Positions 42,319-50,815 of a DNA stretch of 64,000 bases are shown in pieces (position 1 is the first letter of the stretch; every line of letters starts with the position of its first letter). The notes below the pieces were generated by a model. It saw only the letters and a list, made by a program, of their open reading frames with translations. It did not search any database and was not told where the DNA came from. The DNA comes from an uncultured Planctomycetota bacterium. GTDB taxonomy: Bacteria > Planctomycetota > Planctomycetia > Isosphaerales > Isosphaeraceae. The stretch spans positions 1,184,001-1,248,000 of the forward strand of contig CAWGMQ010000006.1 in assembly GCA_963823665.1 (NCBI GenBank), given 5' to 3'. The position numbers and the translations under genes are program-made.

Positions 42319-42406
42319 CGCCGAGTTCGGGACGATCAGCGGATAATCCGACCCACGCCGAGTACAGCAGATTCAGTCGGACTATCAGGATCGCTATAAT
42401 TCGGCG
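42319..42406. other. Long imperfect palindrome between convergent genes (possible terminator/structured element)
   Basis: cgccgagtt/aattcggcg, cgatc/gatcg, gata/tatc, tccgac/gtcgga nested pairings. Confidence 0.4.
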
Positions 42407-42485
42407 CGGTAGCATTCATGAGCTCGTTATGTTCCTGCTCTCCAGAATCGAATCGGGTTCTTCCACTCCTCGATCCCCCAACCCA

Positions 42486-43112
42486 TCAGTAGACGCCGCT
42501 AAGCTGGTTCAGCTCACGTAACTGGTGATGGGACAGGACCGGCGGGCGTTGCGCCCGGTTGCCGCTTGGCGGTCGTCGAGATTTCAGATCCGGGAGGTCG
42601 TCCGGGTATCCGAATGCGTCGAGGAATAACGCGTGAACATCAGCGTCATCCGGAAAATCAAGTTTGAGTGTTATCAGTCTCAGGTACTTTTTCCTCGTAT
42701 CGATGATTGGGGAGTCATTGAGGTGTAAGACATCGATGAGGTCGGCGCCATCCGCGTTCAGTGCCGAAATGATTCCATGGTCGCCAACGGACAGGCACTT
42801 CGCGAAAGGCACGCGAGTCGGATCGGGCAGTCGGAGTGTGCGTTTATTGGAGTTGCATCTCAGGCAGGCATAGACCAGATTATTGTAATCGCATATGCGT
42901 TCGGGGGCCATTAACTGAGGAATCACATGGTCGACCGAGAAGGCCGCCGAGCAAGTCGGATACCAGCGTTCACGCTCGAGACAATAGACACAACGAAAGG
43001 TAAACTCATCCCGTAACCATGGCTTGTAATTCTGATAGTCCACGTAGCCAGCGGGTGCGTGCCGTCGCTTGTGAGCCGACGCGAGATACGCGAGGGGACT
43101 GGACACCGTCAT
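42486..43112 (-). CDS. HNH endonuclease
   Basis: LRDEFTFRCVYC, FSVDHVIP, NLVYACLRCNSNK; visibly lower GC than flanks. Confidence 0.9.
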   Translation of the reverse strand: MTVSSPLAYLASAHKRRHAPAGYVDYQNYKPWLRDEFTFRCVYCLERERWYPTCSAAFSVDHVIPQLMAPERICDYNNLVYACLRCNSNKRTLRLPDPTRVPFAKCLSVGDHGIISALNADGADLIDVLHLNDSPIIDTRKKYLRLITLKLDFPDDADVHALFLDAFGYPDDLPDLKSRRPPSGNRAQRPPVLSHHQLRELNQLSGVY

Positions 43113-43114
43113 GG

Positions 43115-43846
43115 CTATTTTGCCCGCTCGCCGCTGAGGCGTTCCTCAACTCTCTTGAGCTTCTGGTCGTTGAGGTCGGGTCCGGGGAATTGCCGCTGCA
43201 TTCCGGATAGCGAGAGCGTCTGAAGCCGTTCCAACTCGGAGCGGTCGACGTCGTTTAGATGCCCCCGATTCTTCTTGAAGATCAGTTCCGCCCGGCGAAG
43301 GTTCATGCGGCTCCACGCCTCCTCCTCATCGCCGTTGCGAACGTCGGATCGAGGGTCGAGAGTTTCACGTGAATCCGTGGAAGTTTGGCTGTCAGGTCGA
43401 GGCGAGTCCGTGGACGCCGAGCGTGCGCGCGTCGGCTTTGGCCTGACAGCGGGCTGCTCCGTCGTGCCCTCACGGAGCAGCCTATGAACAACTTCGGCTA
43501 GAGCGCAACCCGCGTCCGTCAGTTCATAGAAGTTATTCGCGCCCTCTCGTCGCGGGGTGATGATGCCAGCAGCGCGGAGCATCGCAAGGTGATAGCTGAC
43601 CGCAGGTTGGCTCTGGCCCAGGCGGACGTAGAGAGTGCGAACGTGCTGCTCACCATTGGCCAGGATCAAGATGATCTCCAGCCGCGTCGAATCACTGACG
43701 TGCTTCAGGAGGATCGACGCGCAACGCGCTTGATCTTCTCGCGAGCCTTGCTTGGTGGCTAGTAGCGGTTTCGATTCGGATCCTCGCCGAGACTTCGAAT
43801 GCTTGCCAAGCTTGTCGTCAGACGGCTTGCGAAAAGTTGCGGCCAC
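43115..43846 (-). CDS. ArsR/SmtB winged-HTH regulator with C-terminal helical extension
   Basis: SDSTRLEII, SQPAVSYHLAMLR.AGII..RREG..NFY; GTG start at 43846 with GAGGA RBS inferred; 2 nt gap to HNH. Confidence 0.8.
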   Translation of the reverse strand: MAATFRKPSDDKLGKHSKSRRGSESKPLLATKQGSREDQARCASILLKHVSDSTRLEIILILANGEQHVRTLYVRLGQSQPAVSYHLAMLRAAGIITPRREGANNFYELTDAGCALAEVVHRLLREGTTEQPAVRPKPTRARSASTDSPRPDSQTSTDSRETLDPRSDVRNGDEEEAWSRMNLRRAELIFKKNRGHLNDVDRSELERLQTLSLSGMQRQFPGPDLNDQKLKRVEERLSGERAK

Positions 43847-43985
43847 GGCAGTCCTCAAACCTTCGGCAAAACTCGGCGCAACCTTTTGCCATCTCCGGAA
43901 GGCGCAGGCCACGACCTCAGGATCTATTGTACCTGCCAGCCGATCACGACAGAAGGCGGGTCGCCTGAAGAAGCCATCACGGCAT

Positions 43986-44710
43986 TCAGATTCCGTCGCC
44001 ACTCTTGGGCGCTCTCCCGATATTGGTTTTCTTCTCATCCGCCGCTTGGCGGTAGCGTTGCAGACGCTCGTTGAACACCTTCCGCTCGGGTTGGGGGCCA
44101 GGTTTGAGCGCTTTGATCGCTTTTTCCTCGCTCGCGAGGGCTGCGGCGGGGTGACCGGCCAAGTATTGCGCCAGCGCGAGGTTGTCGAGATGCGTGGCGT
44201 TCTTTTCCCCGGTCAAAGCCACCGACCGCTTCGCTACTTTGAGCGCCAGGGCGATCACGCGCGGGTCAGGGTTTTCCGTGTTCTGAAGATCTATGACGGG
44301 ACGGAAAATGGAGTGGAGCACGGTGGGTTCGTCGTTATGTTCCTCGAGCAACCCGGCCCCGAGCGCTAGGCCGGCTTCGATGTCGCCGCTGTTGCAAATC
44401 GCAGCCAGCTTCAGACCGGCGAATTGCCTGGCGACGGCTTCGTTGCCGGCGGTGATCCGATCGAGTGCGCTCAGAAATTCTTGATATTTTTTCGCTTTGA
44501 AGAGAGGAACGGCCCGCTGGTTGATGTTCGCGGTCTTTCGCTCGACGATTCTCCTTGCCTCACGCTGCCTGGCATAAGCGACCGGATCCCACGTGCCCGC
44601 GACGATCGCGGCAAGCGGTTTATCAAGGTTCATGGGATTGCCGATCCATACCGCGGGGTATTGTTGCGCCCGTCGATCAGCAGGGGCGGGTGGGAATGCA
44701 GTGCTCGGAA
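43986..44710 (-). pseudogene. C-terminal remnant of a TlpA/redoxin-TPR protein
   Basis: WIGNPMNLDKPLAAIVAGTWD followed by helical TPR-like part; upstream IPT..LID segment frameshifted; no CxxC thioredoxin core. Confidence 0.6.
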
Positions 44711-44815
44711 CAGACACCGGGCACCACTCAGCGATTCCGGAACGCGACAAAACGAGGGTCTGTTCGGCGGGCCCGTCCGAATCAGTGCGAGTTCGACCCG
44801 TGATTCCATAAGTCA

Positions 44816-44907
44816 TTGAACAGAAGGTAACGAAGGCAACAAAGAAGAAGGAGGCCCCGATCTTGGGCGCCTGGCCTCAGATCCTCTTCTTCCCCGACAG
44901 GGTTCAA
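44816..44907. repeat. Possible degenerate palindromic intergenic repeat
   Basis: ttgaacagaaggtaacgaaggcaacaaagaagaagg ... tcctcttcttc ... gttcaa with inverted ends. Confidence 0.35.
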
Positions 44908-45094
44908 GGGAGCAGAAACTCTAGCGGTTCGAAACCTGGATAAACGCTTTGACTGGCCAAGATCAACTTTTCCCCGGGCCCGCCTCGCACTCCCAAATCG
45001 CGAAATGCCATTTAGAACCGAAAACTCAGTGATTTGGCCGCATGATCGGTGGTTTGGGCGCGATTTCACCCCTTCATGACCAAGCTCGCCCGCG

Positions 45095-45850
45095 TCACCT
45101 GGCCGCCTGCCGCCGCAGCTCAGCGCGAATCTCCATGAGAATGTCGTAGTAGTGCCATGCGGCCGGGGCGTCGGGCTCCTGGTGATGGTCGGGCTTGAGC
45201 TTCAAGTCACCGGTGGCGAGCAGCACTCGCTTGACCTCGGGGGTCTGTCGCACCTTTTCCCACGTCGCCTCGACAATCAAGCGATAGTGCTCGCCCGGCT
45301 GCGCGGGTCGATACGGGATCTTCTTGCCTTCGAACGTCACCCAGTCGATCTGCATCATCTTCATGTTTCCCTCGGCGAGCGTGCCCGCTTCCTTAGCGTC
45401 GAATGAAGTCAACTGGGCGACCTGGTCGCGCGTAAATTCCCACTTCAGGCCGGGGAACCTGGCCCGCTCCTCTTCCGGCGACTCGGGATACAGCATCATT
45501 TGCCAGAACCCTTCCAGGCTCGCATAGCGCTTGCCGCGACAGGTAAACGGCGTCGGGGCGAAGTTGGAGAGCAGGCCCAGCTCGTGGCGCTTGGAGAGAA
45601 TCACCTCGTCCGGAGCTGCTTCCTGCGGCAAGATTTCCCAACTGGGGGCGCCTTCCTTGGAGACGGGAGCCCACCAGTGCGCGGGGTAATTCGGTCGTGG
45701 TGGCACGGCTGGCTTCGGCGGTTCCGCGGAGCCGCAGCCAAGATTGATGGTCAGAAATGCCACGAGCGCGACCAGCCGGCGGTTGCGCAGCGTGCGCAGA
45801 ATCGCCTCGGACACCAGGAGATCGCCCGGAATCGCCTCGAAAGTTTCCAT
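45095..45850 (-). CDS. NADAR (YbiA-like) domain lipoprotein
   Basis: LLSNFAPTPF..GKRYASLEGFWQ, KVRQ.PEV..VLLATG, ILMEIRAEL; lipobox NLGC; start uncertain. Confidence 0.7.
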   Translation of the reverse strand: METFEAIPGDLLVSEAILRTLRNRRLVALVAFLTINLGCGSAEPPKPAVPPRPNYPAHWWAPVSKEGAPSWEILPQEAAPDEVILSKRHELGLLSNFAPTPFTCRGKRYASLEGFWQMMLYPESPEEERARFPGLKWEFTRDQVAQLTSFDAKEAGTLAEGNMKMMQIDWVTFEGKKIPYRPAQPGEHYRLIVEATWEKVRQTPEVKRVLLATGDLKLKPDHHQEPDAPAAWHYYDILMEIRAELRRQAAR

Positions 45851-46067
45851 CGTCGCCGTTGACCGTGCCCGGAGGCTCGGATACGAAGTCGTTCTGGATG
45901 TCGCGTCTCGATCGATTGGAAGCATTCTACACCGTGGGAGCGTCCGAAATGCGCGTCACGCTCACGATTCGGCACGGTTGTTAGTCGAGACGCAGCAGCG
46001 CGATCAATCATACCCTCCGCCACCTGCGGCGGCACCTCCGCCACGAGGGCGGGAGGAACGCCCGATG

Positions 46068-46125
46068 CCCCTTTCGCGGAGCGAAGGGAGACATCCGAGT
46101 GGAATCGGCGGGAGCGAGGGTGACA
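46068..46125. repeat. REP-like palindrome (cccctttcgcggagcgaagggagac) with degenerate second copy
   Basis: Hairpin ctttcgc-gga-gcgaagg; partial repeat ggagcgagggtgaca downstream. Confidence 0.45.
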
Positions 46126-46150
46126 TTACACCCTCGATGGTCCGCAGCAC

Positions 46151-46213
46151 GTAGTGCGCGTGAAACCCACCGGCCGGGGTGCTCTACCGGATGGTGGGTT
46201 TCACCCACCCTAC
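46151..46213. repeat. REP-like (GTAG family) inverted doublet
   Basis: gtagtgcgcgtgaaacccacc ... ggtgggtttcacccaccctac (reverse complement GTAGGGTGGGTGAAACCCACC). Confidence 0.7.
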
Positions 46214-47065
46214 TTTGAGCACCCCCTCGATCACCGATCGGACGACCGCGTGTTCGTTTTGATTCGACCGCGTGTTCACAATTAACAAAGAAATCGCGCA
46301 AAGCCGCGGCTCCTGACGTTGCAACCGTGTCGATCGAGTGATTGCAGTTTTTTTGGACGCTTTTATTGCCGATCGCTGAAACCCGTCGCATATTATCCAT
46401 AGGGCAGAGTCTGCGAACGCGCGATGCTGGCGCGATGGGCGGCTCCCCTTTCCTTTCCTACCTTCTCGTCGATCTTCACTCGCCCTGAGAACAGCGGTGA
46501 AATTCACGCACCGAGTGCAATCCAGTGCAAACTACCGCAATGGGCAAAAAGGCTGAGACCAATACCGAAACCCAGGCAGGCCTGGCCGTTGCGCAAGACG
46601 ACTCCGTCGCCCTGGCTGCTTTGCCGCGTCGTCGGTCGAGTGCAGGGTTCGCTCTCCCGGCTCTGGACTGGGAGGAAGGCGAGGATCTTCAGTTTTTGCT
46701 ATCATTAGTTATCATTTTGCTCCAGGGGAAAGAAGCAGTTGGATCGACCGAAGCCGTTTTCGCATGTGCACTTGCGGCGGGCGGCCGACCCGGACTTGGG
46801 GGGTGGAGCGCTTCGCGGGCCGCGCGGTGGCGATTCTGTGTCACAGCGACGCGCTCGCGTGCGAGGTTTCGGCTTCGAATTCGGCCGATGGCTCGCGACC
46901 TCGACCGAGCGAGTGCGTTCCCGTAGTCCTTGTGGCGTAAGGACGCGCGACGAATGTACAAAACGAAGTGCTCGGTCAGGATGGACGGTTGAACGTAGAG
47001 GGTGGGCTTATTCCTGGGGATTTCCTCGCTGCTTCACGGTGAGATGACCGGGCTTGCCGCGGGAG

Positions 47066-48074
47066 CTAAACCCGAATGACGATCTTGCCGAAGTGCTCGC
47101 CTTTTTCCATGTATGTCATGGCTTCCGTGGCCTGGTCGAAATTGAAGACTCGGTCGATCACCGGGTGGAGCTTGGCGGTCTCCGATGGCGCGGTTCATGT
47201 TCTCGAACATCCGGCGGGAGCCTACGTAGATTCCTTGCACGCGAATGTGCTTCATCAGGATCGGCACGGGGTTGACGTCGCCGCCGCCGGTCAAGATGCC
47301 GATGAGCGCGATGTACCCGCCCAGGCGCACGGCTTTCAAGGACGTGGGCAACGTCCCTGCTCCGCCGACCTCCACGATCATGTCGACGCCCTTGCCGCCG
47401 GTGAGCGTGCGGGCGCGTTTGTCCCAGTCGGGCACGGTGGTGTAGTTGATTCCTTCTGCCGCCCCCATTTCCGTGGCGCGCGCGAGCTTCGCGTCGCTCT
47501 TCGAGGTCACGAACACGCGCGCCCCCGCCAACCGCGCGAACTGGAGCGCGAAGATCGAGACGCCGCCCGTGCCTTGAAGGAGCACAGAGTCTCCCGGTTT
47601 GATTCCGCCGCTTTCCACGAGCGCATTCCACGCCGTGACCGCGGCGCACGGCAGTGTCGCCGCTTCTTCAAAACTCAAATGATCCGGAATCGATACGAGC
47701 CCCTCCTCGGGAAGAACTGCGAGCTCGGCGAGCATTCCCTCGCCGCCACCGCCCAAGGCCGAGCGTGCCTTTTCCTCATCGGGCTGCCCGTCGACCCAGC
47801 CGGGCATGAACGCCGCGGCGACGCGCGCTCCGGGCTTGAATCGCGTCGCTCCCGGGCCGGTGGCCACAACTTCGCCGGCGCCGTCCGAGAGCGGGACAAA
47901 CGGGAGCCGAAGCCTGGGGTTGTAGACGCCCTTGGATACGAGCAGGTCTCTGAAATTGAGCGAGTAAGCCTGCAAGCGGACCAGGACCTGACCCGGGCCG
48001 GGGGCGGGGTCGGGCAAGTCGTCGAGCCGCAATCCGCCCGGACCGCTCATGTCGTGCACTCGATACGCTTTCAT
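47066..48074 (-). CDS. NAD(P)-dependent MDR-family oxidoreductase (zinc-type alcohol dehydrogenase-like); frameshift near 47180
   Basis: SLNFRD, PLSDGAG, ATLPCAAVTAW, GTGGVS, VEVGG; alternative frame restores PVIDRVF..HFGKIVIRV-stop. Confidence 0.92.
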
Positions 48075-48255
48075 GAAGTGGCCCTTTCCTTCTCTTCCCG
48101 TATGAGACGCGGCTTGCCCGATTTCACCGGGCGCGCCCAGGAACGTCGCTTCATTCTAAGCGCTCGACGGTCCGTTCAAAACCATATGTCGCGCGAAATG
48201 ACCGGCAATTCTGTTAGGATGGGTCGGCCTGAGCAGCGGGGGCCTCGCGGCGGGA

Positions 48256-50138
48256 TTGCGGACGCGAGAGACCGCGGCCGGCAGTGGCTTTGAGCGGAAG
48301 TTTGAGGCATCCCGGGACGGTTGGAGCAGGGCGGCGCAACAGGATTCGAGCGTTCATGTGGCTTTTGCGGTGGTTGCGAACTACGGCGCGGTGGCTCTTG
48401 TGCTCTCTCGCGCTGCGCCCTTGGTCGCGCTCGTCGCGGCGATTCTGGTTGACGAAGGGCCCACGGGCGAACCGCGGGCATCGTCGCACTTCTTTCCGGT
48501 GGTGCTGTTTCTCTTCGATGACTTCGCCTGGACTTGCGCTCGAAATAGCATGATCTTCGCTCTGATCGTAGCAACAAGCTCGCTGGTTCTGGGTGTCGGC
48601 CTGCGGTGCGCGCTTGATCGCGTGTGGCCGCGTGGGCGGCGGTTGTTCGGAGCGATGGCCCTGGCCGTCGTGGCGATCGCGCCGGCTTTTCTCGCATTCG
48701 GGCTCAAAGGTTGGCTTCTCGAGCGAGGGAACTGGCCGTCCCGGCTAAACGGGGGCAATGCGACGGGCCCGGGGGTGAGCCTCGAATCGTGGTCCGGCAT
48801 CTTGCTGTGGCTCGTGTGGATCTATTCGGCCGTGCTGCCGGGAGCGGCGCTCGTGGCGATCGCGTGTGCGCCGTCGTTCCGGAAGCTGGACCCGGCGTGG
48901 GCCGATGCGGCTCGGCTGGCGGGTGCGAGCTGGCTGCGGACCGTGCGCGATGTCTCGTGGCCGATCGTGCGCCCTGCGGCCGTGTGCGCCGCCGGATTGG
49001 TCTTTCTGATCGCGATGGTCGAACCGGGCGCGGCGCTGGTGCTGGGGCTGCGTCGCACGCTGGCCTTCCAGATTGTGGAAGCGGCCACGGGGCCAAGCCC
49101 GTTCCCGCGTACGGCGGTGTGGTCGCTCATGGCGGGCGTGCTCGGGCTCTGTGGATGGCTGGTCTTCCGATCGAGGGGACGGGCTTCGAGCCTGCAGGAG
49201 CTTTCGGGCGCGGCGTCGGCTCTTGAGCTTGACCGAAGCGAGCGCCGCGCGGAGCCGGTGGTGTCGCTTGTCTCGGCCGTGTGTCTGGCAGTTTGGGGCA
49301 TCGTCGTCTGCCTGCCGCTTTTGGGACTGGCGAGGCTCTTGAGCGGAAGGGCCAATTCGCTTGAGCCGGGGGACGGCACGCTCGTGAGCTCCGTTCTGGC
49401 GCGGCCGCGCCGCTTCGCGATCCGGCTTTGATCCAGGTGCTGCTTGATTCGGCTGTTTTCGCGCTCGAGGTGGCGGGCGGCCTTCTGGTCGTGGCGTGGG
49501 TGGTGGGGCTCAACTCCCGCGGACGCACAACGGGCGGGTGGCCGCGCTCATTGCGGCGGATCCCGCCGGTTCCGCCGCTGGTTCTGGGCACAGGCGTTCT
49601 TGCCCTACCCTGGCTCGTGGCGCTGGCGTCGCGGTTCCTGCTCGACCGCGGAGGATCTCGCGCCGCGGTGCTGGCCGGGGACCTTGCCGGTGCGATCGAC
49701 CCGCACCAGCATCCGTGGATTCTCATGGCATGTGCATTGGGTCTGGTGATGCTGCCTCGATTCTTCCGCAACGACGGCGCGTCGCGTGCCGCGGGCTCGG
49801 GGAATCATCCTGGCGACGCCTGCTATGCGGCGGCGGTGCATGCGGGTGCGCCCAGGTGGCGAGCGGCCACGCTTTGCCAGCCAGGATTTCTGACGCGACT
49901 GGCGGGCCGATTCCTGATCTTGTGGGTGATTGCGGCGACGAACCTGACTCCCGCCCTGCTCTTTTCGGCCGGGGACGAGGCGCGAACGCTTGGTCCGGCG
50001 TTTCTCGCGCTGGCCGGCGGCGATGGGCCGGCACGAACGCCGGCGGCGGCGCTGACGCTCTTGGCCGTACTGGGGAACCTGGCGGCCTTCGCGGTGGTGT
50101 ACGTAGCGGGTGCCGTGCCGAGCGAGAGGGACCTGTGA
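48256..50138 (+). CDS. Divergent ABC transporter permease, FbpB/ThiP-like two-domain (start uncertain; probable frameshifts near 48416 and 49425)
   Basis: NSMIFA, LDPAWADAARLAGAS (EAA-like), second EAA-like YAAAVHAGA; many TM segments. Confidence 0.7.
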
Positions 50139-50173
50139 ACCGGGAAGACCCGGTAACAAGATATGGCGACGTG

Positions 50174-50812
50174 ATGACAGATTCACCAAGCGAAACCTTG
50201 ACCCTGGTCGAGCGGCTCCGAGCCGGCGACCGCCGTGCGCTCGCGGAGATGTTCGAGCGGCACCGCGATCGGCTGCGGAGGATGGTCGAGTTGCGAATAG
50301 ACGCGCGGCTACAGGGCCGCGTCGATGCCTCCGACGTGCTTCAGGACGGCTTCCTCGACCTGGAAAAGCGCGTTGAGAGCTACCTGAGCGATCCCAGGCT
50401 GCCGGTGTTTCTGTGGCTGCGACTGGTCGTCAGCGACCGGCTCGCACTCGTCCACCGCCACCACCTGGGCACGCGAATGCGTGACGTTTCGCAGGAGGTG
50501 TCGCTCTATCGTGATTCGTTGCCGCAGGCGAGCTCGGCGGCGCTGGCTTCGATGCTGCTGGGGCGATTGACAACACCATCGAATGCCGCGATCCGGGCCG
50601 AGCGGATCCTGCAGGTGCAGGAGGCGGTGAACTCACTCGAGCCCCTCGATCGTGAAGTGGTGGCGCTGCGGCACTTCGAGCAGCTCAACCGTGCCGAGAC
50701 GGCAGTCGTGCTGGGCATCACGGAGGAGGCCGGCGCCAAGCGATATATCCGGGCCCTCAAGAAGCTCAAGTCCATTCTGGCCGGGATGCCGGGCGGCCTG
50801 TCGGGATTCTGA
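50174..50812 (+). CDS. Planctomycete-specific ECF sigma-70 factor (kinase-associated)
   Basis: HRDRLRRMVELR, RVDASDVLQ, HRHHLG, TTPS..A, LRHFEQL, KRYIRALKKL. Confidence 0.93.
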   Translation: MTDSPSETLTLVERLRAGDRRALAEMFERHRDRLRRMVELRIDARLQGRVDASDVLQDGFLDLEKRVESYLSDPRLPVFLWLRLVVSDRLALVHRHHLGTRMRDVSQEVSLYRDSLPQASSAALASMLLGRLTTPSNAAIRAERILQVQEAVNSLEPLDREVVALRHFEQLNRAETAVVLGITEEAGAKRYIRALKKLKSILAGMPGGLSGF

Positions 50813-50815
50813 ACG

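Noticed and set aside
43847..44038. Extended N-terminus of the ArsR ORF as in the ORF track
   Set aside because: Overlaps the upstream remnant and looks non-coding; a GTG with RBS at 43846 is more plausible
28398..46213. Integron cassette array or prophage
   Set aside because: Genes are in mixed orientations, with no integrase, no canonical attC cores and no phage structural genes
46525..46926. Possible small protein MGKKAETNTE..
   Set aside because: No recognisable motif and atypical codon pattern; cannot be supported from sequence alone
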